From assembly GCA_973895155.1 (NCBI GenBank), contig OZ316891.1, forward strand, positions 7,123,808 to 7,187,807: DNA of 64,000 bases. Direction: 5' to 3'. Below, in pieces: positions 1-13,723 of this stretch; positions within the stretch are counted from its first letter, which is position 1, and the number at the start of each line of letters is the position of its first letter. Position numbers and translations under genes: made by a program. The notes beneath the pieces are model-generated. The model did not search any database, was not told where the DNA came from, and worked only from the letters and a program-made list of their open reading frames with translations. Source of the DNA: Marsupella aquatica (taxonomy: Eukaryota > Plantae > Marchantiophyta).

Positions 1-3000
1 GCAGGAACACGTGCCAGGGGTAGTAACGTCCTGAAAGATCTGCAGCTGGGCATGGAGTTAATGCAAAGGTTGTACATTCTGTCGACTAAATTCGTAACAT
101 CTCCTCAACTTTTACCTTTCTGGACATTTTTTGTCGCACACGTCTGGTTGGTCATTCTTGGCGGAAATTGTTGACTTTTTATTCTCGAAGAGCATTTATA
201 AGTTTGCTTTTCGGACCTTATGCATTTAGTCTAAGTAAATGGTCTGTTGCTCTGTCTGTAAAGTCACCCAATGGCAAAAATTCACAACTGATGTATTAAT
301 GGCGTTCTGTGCAGCACCAAAGATCATTTTGAATTTGAGATTGTACGAGACAGTGTTAAGCACAATATGGAGGTGATGGTTACCTCATGCCTAGCTCATG
401 TTATCTTGGTATCTATGTATGAACGAATCTTCGCTGTGCATACTGATGCGAAGCTTGAGGATGCATATACTTTGATGAATTGCTTTGCATGATGATTACG
501 GAGTCTAGTTCCCGCGTTAAAGATTTACTTTTAGGGTCTCTGAGTTCTCACTCCTATATAGCACAACAATCGATTTGTTCATCTGTTTGTCAAGCAAATC
601 CACAATAAGAAATGTAAAAAATAACATGAGCCACTGTGGCACCCAAACCCCTCAGGGAGCTTGTCTATGAAATGTGGCCCAAGATATTCTGATAGACAAC
701 AATAGATAGCAAACAGGAAGGATGTGAAAATGCTCTGTTATTTGATTGTGACATGACTATAATCTGTTTAACCGGCGTGTGCGCATAGCAGGCAGTTTGC
801 AAGAATGTGACGACAGAGTGTTCAAAAAGCCTGCTAAAGCAAGCAAGGGTTCAACATCTTTATGCCCGTTTCAACGGTGAGCTACATGACGATGTTGGAG
901 AGGTGATTACCTTCCAGACGAAATTGTGTTGGATATTACTTGCCATTTTATTAGATAGATTCCCCAAATGCCCTATTAGTTTTAACAATACGGTGATTCC
1001 TGTATTATATGTATTAATTCCAGTTCATACATTTGGATATAGTTCGTTGCCGAAGACGGAAATGAGATGGCCTTGATCAATGGAGCTCACGGTTGGCAAC
1101 ATTTGTGCAGTTTGATCTACTATCTGCTCTCCATCCTACCCCAGCTGTGTGTGGACATCCACAGGCAATTGCAAGAGAGGCTATTTCGATAAGTGGTACT
1201 GGCTCGAAACGGCGATATCTTCATGCTAAATTTATTTTACTAGTAATAAAACAATTCAGAATCTTGATGCTCAGTGTTTGTGAATTAAAGTGGTTTGTCG
1301 AGCTTCCATGCGTTGTCAATAAAAGTAATTGAGTCTTATTCACTTTAAAGTTCTGTTAAGAGGGTGATAGTTAATGTTCTATTATTACTTGAATGGTATC
1401 TAAATGTTGAATGTCTGGTCTTCGTGAAGCCGGCTTCTATGTCACTATCATGAGTTTCAACTCTTTTTCGTCTTATGAAAGGGATCTCCATGGATGCAGA
1501 GGGATTCGATAGAGGCCTATATGCTGGACCGGTAGGTTGGTTTGGCGGTGATGGGGCTGAGTTTGCTGTAGGGATTCGCTCCTCTCTCATTCAGCCATGG
1601 ACATCCGAGAGATTGCAGAATGGCGCTGGAGTATCTAAAGATTGCGTCATGGAGGAATCTATGAGTCCCAGAAGAGTCCGTTCAAGCTATGATCAATCCA
1701 AGCCTCTATCCAATGGTGAACTGGAGACATCAAAGGTAGGCCGCTGGGATTTCAGTGTAGGATTGGTGCAAGGCTAGATACAACTGGGGATTGATCACAA
1801 ATGGTAAGGATATACTGAAGAATGAATTAAATAGTCAGATTGTAAAAATTAGGTGACTTTAGGCATAAAGTTCAAAGCCTTTAAGGACAAACGACAGGTT
1901 TGATTTCCACCATGCGGTTGCAGATTAATTATATCGTATGGTTTGATTGACAGGGGACATGCATTTCATTGTATTCGGGTGTTGGTGTCGTCAAAGATTC
2001 AATCCCTGCTTCTGAATGGCGTGAGCTAGAGCTTAAGACCAGTCTGGTATGCCACAAATTCTGAGTCTGGACGAAGATTCTCGTCTCCTCCTCTAGGCTA
2101 CCTTTGTCAGAATAGTTTGTACCATGCCTTACATCTGGTTGTGCCTATCTAAACGTGGGTTGTACAAATTTGTGTCCTATGGTGATACACGTTAAATCCG
2201 TACATTGTTGGTCCCATGGTTTGATTAGGTCCCCACGGACACTAAATGATTCAATCATTCTTACAATTATAATCAGCTGTATCATGCGCACGAAGCTCGT
2301 TGCATACCTCGGATGAATATTACCTAGTGATGAGCGAACTTCGTAAAAAGTTTCTCTGCTGTCACTATCAAAAGTCATAGTTTTTAGAACAACTCATGTC
2401 TTCTACAAGACAACGAAGCATGTTTTTTTGTGCTGGACTACTTGTTTACTTTTTAAGATCGATTCTATATTGTCCTAATTTTCCTTTGAGCAGTTCGAAG
2501 CTTTGCTAGAACAAAGGCAACCTTTGGAGACAACTGTGAACATCAATGCGTTGTGGGCCAAGCTTATTGTAGAGGAATTATGTCGTTTGGGAATCACTGT
2601 AAGTTGCAGTCAATTTTTCTGACAATATTTCGCGTCTAGTCGTTTTGATCAGCTAGTTGTTTGTTCTTAGCTAGTTGTCATTCTGTTATGTCTGTAACTA
2701 TCTCTCTTGACGGATGGAATTGAACTTTGGAAACAGGAGCTAGTCTGACTAACCTCGTTTTTTCTCTCTCACAGTGTAGTATCTTGGCAGAGAACAGTTG
2801 GCATCTTGCACAAAACAAGATTTAATTCAATACTTGATGTATGCAGTACTTCTGCATCGCTCCCGGGTCACGTTCTTCTCCGATTGTCGAAGCTGCGGCT
2901 GCCAATCCTCGGATTACTTGTGTGTCCTGTATTGATGAGAGGTCAATGGCATTTCTCGCTGTGGGTTATGGGAGAGGAGCAAATAAACCGGCTGTGGTGG

Positions 3001-6000
3001 TCACATCGTCTGGAACGGCTGTGTCAAATCTCCTGCCAGCGGTGGGTCTGCTTGCCGTCGCCAAACGTCGAGTCCTTAAGCTACCGAACTGTTGTTTCCC
3101 AAGTCCAGGAAGTCCAGGCAGATTTTGATGAGTACAAAGCATGCTTCCTAGTGAACTGTCTTTTTATCAGTTCGTGAATAAATGCACACAGTTGGTAGCG
3201 AGCTCAAACTGATTATTGCCGCAAGGTAGGACATGACCATATGAAACTTGCACAGGTGGTTGAAGCCAGTCAAGACTTTGTTCCCCTGGTGGTTCTAACG
3301 GCAGATAGACCAAGAGAGATATATGACACAGGTGCAAACCAGACGATTGACCAGGTAGCTATTTCCATCCTCTACTCTTGAGAAAGGATTGCTTTATCAA
3401 TTGCACTCCTGGGGTCAGCAGCCGGATGTCTAGTTCAGTTGTCAGCTTACATAGTATCGTCATGGAACGCTTGCTTTGTTCTGCATGTGTTTTTTGATGT
3501 TGGGAGGATTATCTTGGAGTAGGTAAAAGGCATTCCCCGAGCGCATGACACCATCTCGAAGGCATGTCTTGGGATGCTTATTCTGGATATTGATGTTGAA
3601 GGTTACTGAAAGCATTCTCGTCTATCTTCCTGATAGGATAAGCATTTTGGTGGATTTGTCCGGTATCATGCCAACCTTCCTGAACCTGATGACAAACTCC
3701 CTGCGAAAATGGTACTTACGACAGTTGATGCTGCTGTAAATAGAGCAATGATAGCTCCTTCTGGGCCTGTCCACATAAATTGTACGTTTCGGGAACCTTT
3801 GGCTGGTAACCCTTTACCCTGGAGTACAACTTGCCTGAAAGGTCTCAAGAGATGGAGTACTGCGTCAACTCCGTACACGGAGTACATTGACAGCAAACCT
3901 CGACTTTTGGGAGGAGTGCATCCGACTTTTATGGCGAGTTTACAGGGTGTTGCGAAGCTCATAGGTGGTGCTAAGGAGGGCCTTTTGGTAGTTGGCGGGC
4001 TGTCAGCAGCAGAGGAAACTTGGGCTGTTGCACTCCTTGCCCAACATCTCGGGTGGCCTGTTGTGCCTGATGTCATTTCTGGCCTTCGGATTGGGGAGGC
4101 GTTATCGGAAGGTGCTGGCGAAAGGAAGGTCAACGTCATTCACAACTTCGATCAAATTTTGCTGAGCAAACATGTAGCTCGGTCTTCGAAGCCAGATGTT
4201 GTCTTACAGGTTAGTTCCAATCCAGCGTCGCAGGCAGAAGTTTATAGTACTCAGAAAGTGAAGTTACGAGTCCTGCTGTCAGTTGATTCTGGGCGAAAAT
4301 GATCATCACTATGGTTATTTCGGCCTTCGATATCTGTCTACGAGGCTGTCTACGAGGCCAGTGGACAGTTTTCGACTGCCAGCTCTTATGCACCCGAAGT
4401 ATTCTTCCGAAAATTTAAACTGAGCTTGGTCGAAACAATTTCCAGCTATTTTTGCTACATTTTGTAGTGTTCTTAGAAAGTAGTGAATGGCAGAAGGACT
4501 CTCCAAATGTGTAGGAACATAAATATTTAGCACCTAGGGCACATGTGTGTGTAAATTTAGACATAGATGACTGCGTTTGTGTGTTCGCTTTAAAAAATAT
4601 TTTGTGTTCTCGTACCAGATAGCTTAGTAATCAGCTAAGGAGCCGAAACGGCGGTCCTAAAACGGTATATTGTGGAAGGCGTTCATTATATCTGTTTCAG
4701 TTGTTATGGTAAGCTAGTTTTGACAACACTGTAAACACCTTTGGTTGTTAGATTGGAGGCAGGTTAACAAGCCAGCGACTTTCCCGTTTCCTTGAAGCTG
4801 CAAATCTTCAAGCTTATATACTTGTCGAGGAGCATTCATCTCGTCATGATCCTGCACATATTGTCACCCATCGGATTCAGAGTTGTACAACAGATTTCTC
4901 ATCCTCCATAATGAAGTTTACAGAGTCAAATCCACCTACAGCATTTTGTGGCCAGTTACGACTTCTCTCAGAAGTGGTACTTTGCTTTCGCACACGACAA
5001 GTTTTAGACCTTTCCCATGCATCTGTGTTATTGGTCCGTCTTTGCTGTTTAATGCCGTCGCCTTGTTAGTTCAATGGATTCCGATTAAATATTCGTCAAT
5101 TTGAGAGGATTATCTCTCTATTTCACCTCTGCATACTGTAAGTCTTTCATGAACGTTCCACGATAGTTAAGTCAGAAATTCTTACCAGTTGTGTTCCAGC
5201 CCTCGTGTTCATTGTCAATGCTGACAACCATTCTGCCTAATTTCAATTTTGAATTAATAATTTGACTGGGCAGGAAACCATCATTAATTAGTAATCCAAT
5301 GGTCTTACTTGCTCTTGTGTTTCGCTGCACACGCAGGTAGAACGTGATATACATTTGAAGCTGCAGGCAGAGTCATCGTTGACGGAGCCCTTTGTAGCAC
5401 ATTACGTAGTGTCATGCTTGCCTTCAGGGTCTGCTCTCTTCCTTGGTAACAGTATGCCCATTCGTGATGTGGATATGTATGCACATGGCGTAATCAAGGG
5501 ACTCGGAAGCTGTAAATCCGAAGAAGAAAATTGGGATCGGGCACTACCACAGATTGGTGCTCGAGTTGGAGCAAACCGGGGTGCTAGTGGAATTGATGGA
5601 GTAGTTAGCACAGCAATTGGCTTTGCTGCTGGCAGTAGACAGCGGGTATGGCCTTCTCCATTTGTGCATCATGGCTGTCTGTTAGTATTGGTTTTCATGA
5701 TTTTCTCAAATGTGGGATGACGATGCAGGTGACTCTACTACTTGGCGATGTGTCATTTCTCCATGATACAAATGGTTTGGCTTTGCTCTCAGAAAGGTAT
5801 CGTCTGTCCTCTAACTTATGCATTTTAATTGCGACCTGTTTTCTATACCTTTGTCTCGTCGGGTTTCTTGGAGTCGAGAACAATAATTCTTGTGTCTGTT
5901 GGGTTACTAGGTAGATCCATCTTTCTTTAACGAATGCGCTCTCCAGTCAATGTCGTTCTGGTTTGGGCCTTTTCATGAAAGAGAACAAAGAGTTGGATCG

Positions 6001-9000
6001 AGTGATTGCTTCGTGCATTTGATTGTAACTTTTATGAAGATTGTTCTAGTGCCAAAAGTACTGATAGCTATGTTTTTGCGGACTTTGGTCTACCTTCAAG
6101 AACGGGACAACCACCTGTTACAGTTGTGGTTGTGAACAACAGTGGCGGTGGTATCTTCAGCCTTCTCCCAGTCGCTAAAACAATGTGTGAAGATTCTTTT
6201 ACTGCTCTTATCTCAACTCCGCACCGTGTGGATCTGAAGAAGCTCTGCGAAGCTCACAGGTAACTGCAATATCAAGGCTTTAGGCTTAATCACGTTCCTT
6301 TCCTGGTTCAGCTAGGGAGTGCCAATGACCTGCCTAGGTTTGTTTATATCTGATCATCATTATTATCTGGTTCTATTGTCCCTTCTGATTCTTCATTTAC
6401 AGGGTAGTTGATAATCTTAAATCATGTGTCGCTGGTTCTTAGGGTGGATCACTGGCTTGTACGATCCAAGGATGAGCTAAAACATGCCTTACGATCGATA
6501 CAAGGGAGCCCCTTACACTGGGTGATTGAGGTGGTGAGCAAGATCGAAGAAAATGCAGATTACCACAGGTTTCTCCTCACCATTGAGCATATCTGTAATT
6601 CTGCTGTGGGCTAAGAAATTAAAAGAGGAAGACAGAAGAAGATCATACATGTAAACAAATCTTTCACTTCATTCGAAAGTTTAACGAACTCACAGGTCTT
6701 ACGTTATATGTTTCTCTTACCCATGTGACGTAGATTTCTGAATCAATCCATTGACGAGGCAGTGACCCGAGCTTTCCATGTACTATCAAAGTTGCCAGCG
6801 GAAGTTGCTTATGGCACTGATCACGGGCTGAGAATTTCAGAAGCCAATTATACTGATCACAGGTACGGGGTATAGTTGATAGATGCATTGGCTATGAATA
6901 TATTCATATTTTCGTCGTTATTCTTGAGGAGATTGAAAATTGGAAAAACAAATCTAAGCAAAATGGTAGTTTTGGAAGGACATAGAAATCATGTATATCG
7001 AGAAACAAACTTTAGTAATTTTTTTGGATTCTTATCAAAGTTGTTATAAGAAAGAAGAACTCAATCAACAACTGCAAATACTGGTGGTGAGGGGCGCGGT
7101 GGGAAACACTTATATCTGCTTTGCGAAACGTTCACAGAAATGCAGGATGAATCCAACTATATAAATGCAAGTTTTGGGTGTAGTGAGTCTATTATACACT
7201 TGTCTGACGAGTGCTAAGAAAATGTAACACAATTGTTTCCTCCAGCTTTCCATTGGTGGCACCTCCAACAACGTTGGGAAAACTCTATTCAAAGGAAACC
7301 ATGAGGCGAGGGTTTCTGTTGAAAGTTACTCTCTTCAATGGAACTTCAGGCATAGGGGAGGTGATGCAAATCATTGGACCTTGTCGAGATATAGTTACAC
7401 TCTAATGTTGAATATAAAGAATAGCCTTCAATCCTCAAAGTACACTTATCTTTTTCTTCTTGGAGGTGGTCACGAGCGAGGCTAGAGAACAAAGCAAGCT
7501 GTTATTTGTTCTCCGATTTGCTTTGTTGGAAAGTTTAGGCACGGTTGCACACAATTGCTGTCGGAGGAAGTAGATTGTACCTACGCTTTGTCAAGTATTG
7601 TTCAGCATTACATTATGAGCGTGAGCGACATATTCTGGTTTTCCAGAAGCTGAGCAGAAAACTGACGAGGGGGTCTTTCTGGCAGATAGCACCTTTGGAG
7701 GGACTGCACAAAGAGACCCTTCTAGATGCTGAGGAACAGCTCCGAGTTATTGTAGGAAAACTGAAGGGTCTTGTACTGGTCAGGACAATACCGCTGTTGG
7801 ATGGTAGCTTCTCATATTGGCTATCAAAAGTTGTTGGGATTCAGGTATGTATGTGATTTATTTTCTTATATCGTCTTCGTACACGTCTATTATGAAGAAA
7901 GTACCTTATTGCATACTTAGACTTGCCTTTGCTACCTGCTTCCCTCCGATTTCTTTGTGTCTTTCCTTTATCACATCCAGATGTCTGTTTTGTTCTTCCT
8001 GCCAGGAAAATTCTTTGTTTCCAAGTGTGCGTATGGGCATAGAAATGGCCGTCTTGGGAGCATTGGCAGCCTCGCAGGGGTGCTCTCTCTCAGAACTGCT
8101 ATCTGGTATCACGAAATCCACCTACCCTGGGGAAAGTCTCGTGGATAGTTCAAGAAACAATGCGCATGGCAGTGTACGAGTCTGTGGTCTCCTTGATTCA
8201 GAAGGATCTCCTGAAGATACTGCCGATGCTGCTGTGGAGCTTGTGAAGGAGGGATTCTGTACTCTAAAATTAAAGGCACGTAAACATCCCTCGCTGAATT
8301 TGGGTTGGCGCTTCTTTTCTTTCTAAGGTGTTTCCTTTCTTTCGATTGGGAGTTCGTATTCAGTTTTGCTAGGGAATTACTCGAAGCAAATCTCTTTCTG
8401 TTGGTGCTCTGTGTCAAAGTGGATGACAAGCTTGCAGAGTGCAAATAGAAGAACTGTAGCCTTGGCTTTTTCAAGATAGAAAAGCTGGCTTGACTCTTAC
8501 TGAATAAAAACCTGTATCACCTTTTGATAGGTAGGCAGACGGCAATCTTCCCTTGAAGATGCTGCCATGGTAAAGCTTGTACGAGAAAAAGTTGGACCTT
8601 CAATACACCTGCGTGCTGATGCCAACAGAAGGTGGTCTTATGAACAAGCTGTGGATTTTGCCAATTCTATTCGAAGTTGTGGACTTCAGTACGTTGAGGT
8701 ATGGGAGTTTGTCAAATCTAACCAAGAGCAATAATGTTATTGAAATCGACCTTGATGTTAACCCTGCAGCTCAGCATTCAATGAGTGAATGCATTTGAAA
8801 AGGGTCATGTTAATAATCTTCAGTTCGGTGTGCAGGAACCAACAAGTAACCCTCTGGACATACCACTGTTTTATCAAGAGACAGGACTGTCAGTAGCCCT
8901 CGATGAAAGCTTGGATGAAGATGCAGCCGACATAGAAAAGAAACTACTGATGTATGCATGCCAAGGGGTGGTTGCCGTGGTAACGTTTTCATATCTTTAT

Positions 9001-11758
9001 ATGAGAAGTATGTCGTCGTGGCCATGGGGACTTGGCGAAAAAGCACTCTAATGAAGACAAGTTGTGTGTTACACCTACGATTTTCAGTTTCAACCAATCG
9101 TGCTCATTATTGGTTTTGATCATTAGGAGTAGTTAATTAACAGGATTGTTAAGTTCCTCGGCTCCTCACTTGTGGAGTCTCCGTCAATACTCCAATCCAG
9201 TCTGAAGTGTTGTGACTAATCGGCTGAAGGAATAGCTATATCTGACGATAAATGTCTCCGGTCTTGAATTTCAGGTTATCAAGCCTGGTCGTGTTGGCGG
9301 GTTTGAGAAATCTTGGCAGATAGCCAAGTGGGCTCAAATGCAAGGAATGGCGGTAGTCATAAGTTCGGCTTTTGAGAGCAGCATTAGTTTGGCAGCGTTT
9401 TCCCAGTTTGCTGCACATGTTGATGAGTATTTGGAAGTGGCGAATTCTGCGATGAACCACAGCAATGACGGGAAAATAAACAAGGCAAGGCTTAACATGG
9501 TTGCGCACGGTCTGGGAACTTACAAGTGGTTAAATGATAATCCCGTCCTACGCGGAAGACCAACTAGCAGGGCAATTGAACTTAGCGTCCAGGAATCAGC
9601 TGCCTATCTTCAAAACGTGTGCTTGAACGTAACCACCGTCTGGCCAGATCATAGAAGAGATCAGACAAGTCGGTACAATGTAAACGTGAACTGTGAGCAT
9701 GGAGCGTTTTCTTTGTGCGTCACGGAATCTGCTTCTGTCCCATCGACGGTATTTTCCAAACTCACCTTATCTACTATCACATCGCTCAAGAAGTATGATG
9801 TCGAAGTTGACTGTTTCTAAAACATTTAGTTGTGCCTGTTCTTCTGCCTTGGGCTGGTGTTCATTGGTACTCGGAAACACCATGAACCTTTGGCAAAATT
9901 TATCAGTTCTCTCCTTCGCGTAGTATATTTCTCAATTACCATGTTTCACTGTAGTATCATGGAGTCGGGAAAGTGATGTCTGTAGCTTTAGATTTGGATT
10001 TCATTTGTTCTAGTACGCCGCAATTGTTGGACATGCCTAATATTCCCATTGACAGTCTAATAATCGCTTACACGCTGGCAGTCAGTCGGCAAGGCTCCCA
10101 CAATAGTCTTTCTTCATGGTTTTATGGGGACGGGAGCAGATTGGCTCCCGATAATGGACAGTCTCTCCATCACATTCCGCTGCATTTCTGTCGATCTTCC
10201 TGGTCACGGGCAAACCACCGTGCAGGAAGCAGAAGGTGGGAAGCGGAGGTGCTCTGAGCAGGGCGAAGGTCAAAGTTTAGCCTCGGGGGTCTGGTCTATG
10301 GCAGCCCTGGGAGCAGCACTGAAACAGCTCCTCCAAAAATTAGACAGAGGAAAGGTGATTCTCGTCGGGTACTCAATGGGGGCAAGAATTGCTCTGTACA
10401 TGGCACTCAGACACAGTGAGCAGGTGATAAACCCTTTATTGGGTATCGAAGCAATATTTATAATTGTCTTGTGATGAATGGAGATTCTTTGAATGCCTTC
10501 TGGTGCATTGGTTTTTGGCAGATCTCTATTGGGTAAGCGTATTAAATCTTCTTATCAAAATAGGATTCGTGCAGTAAACATGTGCTCCTGCATTTCTCCT
10601 GTCTGAGGAAGCTTGTAGACGGTTTTACTCGTTTTCGGTGTCAGCCAGAGGAATATCTGATTAGTTATTCACTGGCCATCTGAGCGGAGATCATTGATAC
10701 AAAGGTAAGCGAGTTAAGTAAGGGCGCAAGAGAATGTGCTTGTAGATACCATTTTCTGAGCAAGGAAAACTAGCAAGCGAACTTTTAGTCTCATCTGAAT
10801 CGTTTTCTGTTGTATTCTCACCTTGCAGGTATCTGCAGCTATTATTGTGTCAGGCAGTCCAGGCCTACAAAATCCAGTGGCACAGAAGGCGAGGGCGACA
10901 CAGGATGATGCAGTTGCTCTATTGTTGCGTGACAATGAACTGAAATCCTTTGTGGATTCGTGGTATCGCCAGCCTCTTTGGAGAAGGTGAAGCAGATACG
11001 CTTTCTGTATTCTGATGTAGAAATGTTTCTACTTTGGCACTTTCATCCCAGAGTGGATAAAATCTTATATTCTCTGCTTTCTGTTTTCAGCTTGCAGACC
11101 CATCCTGACTTTGAGTTATTGAAAAGGGCACGATCGGAAAATCAAAGCTCAAAGTTGTTAGCCAAGGCACTGACCTCTTTCAGCACGGGACAACAACCGT
11201 AAGTTCGTCTCCCAAGCAAGGAACCGTTTTGTCATGACCTGCGTGCTGTCCTTAACTTTTGGGGCGCAGTCTAGAGTCTCTGGAGACTAATGGTAGTCCG
11301 GTTGTATTTTCAGATCTTTATGGGACGACTTGCCACATTCCCGGGTGCCGCTTTTGCTGGTGGTGGGAGAACTCGATAAGAAATTTGTGGGCATTGCTCA
11401 TCAGATGCTCAGGGCTAGTAGAGAGGGAAGGGCACAGCTTGAAAATCTCCGAGATCCTTCTGAGGTGTCTTCTAAGCAAGGACAAGTGCACAGAAAATAT
11501 GAAGATAAAATATCAACTGCCCTATCGATAGACATGCAGACAATGATCATGGAGGAGAAACTTTCCTCCTCAGTCAATGTTCAAACAGCAGGAAGAATGA
11601 TAGAAGGACCTTCACCTAAACTTTTGGAGGTGGAAGATTCAGGACATGCTGTACATATTGAGAATCCTTTGAAACTGGTGAAAGCTATCCGTGATTTTGC
11701 TTTGTCTTCAGTAGCTTGGCCATTCAACAGAGAATTTATTTCATCGGAGGCACTGTAG
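1..11758 (+). CDS. PHYLLO: PHYLLO multifunctional phylloquinone biosynthesis protein (MenF isochorismate synthase - MenD - MenC - MenH fusion), 5' end outside window
   Basis: Exons read by eye: <1-68, 315-372, 792-902, 1111-1195, 1500-1735, 1954-2046 (MenF: [41 protein letters not shown]); 2494-2598, 2847-3041, 3256-3354, 3637-4209, 4752-4976, 5337-5645, 5729-5796, 6101-6259, 6443-6568 (MenD: [46 protein letters not shown]); 6734-6862, 7246-7360, 7686-7844, 8006-8275, 8531-8698, 8836-8979, 9275-9748 (MenC: KLK, DAN, EEP, DE, KP); 10082-10423, 10829-10986, 11091-11198, 11314-11758 (MenH: HGFMG, GYSMG, GHAVH). Phases join in frame; stop TAG ends at 11758. Confidence 0.95.
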
Positions 11759-13723
11759 CGCAGATGCATTGGGTTGGCGATTGGTGGCTTAGTAATCTGA
11801 CAGCATTTCATGAAAGAAGAGTTGTAGCCAGTTTGGCGACCATGCATAAGAGTACCCAGTCATGAAAGTTATACTCAGGTATACATTACCACTCACCTTG
11901 TTGTAGTCACTTAAGAACCTCTGTGTCCTAGTTGCGGAAAATTCAACTCCCATCCGTGATTATTCACTTCCATTCATTGATCTGGAGGAGCTGGCTCTTT
12001 ACCTTAGGATCCAAATGGAAACCAGCCTGAACTCCGAACTCGGTTAATCACGCGTCGGAATCAGAGATAGCTCCTGAACAAATTACTCCATTCCTAAGAG
12101 GCCGCTTCATATAGTCTATTTATTTTGCCTGACACCTGCCGCTGGGAGGTGAGACAAGACTAGTCCAGATGGACCAGCTTGTTTCCATGTACATTGTTTC
12201 CAATTCCTATTGCAAGAGCCATTCATTTTAACTGAGTGAAATCATGTTCACAGACCCTGCGTTTTACTTAAATTGTGTGTCTAGAATGGGTTTGGGTTCA
12301 CTTGATTACAATTCTTGTGTTCAGTTGTCTTATACATGGCGCCATGGATGGTGGCGTCAATGGGGATATTGTGCATTTGCTATATATAGGTGTAATTTGG
12401 TCCCGGACTGTGCTGGGTTGTTGTGGCCGAACGACCTCACAGCAGCAATCTGGGACAAAGCGATGAATAAACATGTCCAGATTTCCAACGAATGGTCAAG
12501 AATTTCGTCATCCTGACTCCAAAGCTTAGTACACATTCCGATGATGCTACTCAAAGCTGTTGAATCTTCAGACAGTGAGGATTAAACCACAACTGCTTTG
12601 TTTTCCTACACAAATGGTTTCACAACAACAAGCTGACGAATAAGTCTTCCTTTCCTAGACTAAGATGTCGTACCTACATGGCAGGTGGTGGGGATCACCA
12701 GTTTAATGTGGATCTATTATTGGTGACTAGATCACCAGAGTTTAGACAAGAGTTGGTCTGAAATTTGGTCCGCCCAATCTCTTGGAATGCATTGATTATA
12801 TTCCCCAGGCTCTGTTCATCAGCCCGAGCATCAGAGACCAATTACCGAGAGAAATTGCGTGACAAGGTAATTGCGTGACTAGGTTCAAATATAGCTCTAC
12901 GTTATACACTGACTCCTGCTGTAGCTAGAAACCAGCATTGAAACATGACTTGAATCAAATTGAACTAAATGAACTTAAAATAGGGGACCAGAGGAGAAAT
13001 GGAGCCCAAGAATATACAGAGACTGCCCAGAGTCTCAGAATTGCAAGACTAACCAAATAATTTGCCAAATTGAAGACTAAGCAGTAACTAAATCAAGCTT
13101 CCTGATCTCAACTACAGGTCTAATTTCGTGACTTGGAGACATCTCATCCAAAGTAGAAAAGGAATGGAAACTAAATCACCTAAGGACCTTGCTTTTCTTA
13201 ATGTCTATTTTGGCGAATCCAAAGTTGTCTTGTTCTACACAGGTAGCTGACTAATTGAAAGCACTCTTGAAAAATGGTGATTGAAATGATATGCCCTCGT
13301 GATTGCATGCCAAGTTTTGTCTTGCTGATGGTGTTGGCCATGATCATTGCCTTGTGTCTATATTGTAAAGTGCCTGCCTGTGTCAAACAAGCGCATGCCG
13401 TAACTGATGTAGGGGCCGAGAGTTCACTAACAAACCTGATGAGAAATTGAGAACTGGATCTCTGGGATCGTTCACTTGAGCGACTTCATAAGGAAGGCCG
13501 TTGTGGGGGCTCCGTGGGGAACTAAAATCCTTTGCTAATTCCCTCCAGACATCACTCTGGAGACTCTACAGACCACTCTTACCTTCTAGCTAGTATAGTT
13601 GTATGAATAGTCCACGCCCAACTCATGGGCAGAAATAATCCAACGAACTGTATGGCACCTTAAAGTAATACAGCCATGTGTCTATCTCTGTCCAGAACTA
13701 CAAACTCCCTTCACAATTCTCGC

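Noticed and set aside
1-11758. Bacterial men operon or recent horizontal transfer
   Set aside because: The modules are split by spliceosomal introns and form the known plant PHYLLO fusion.
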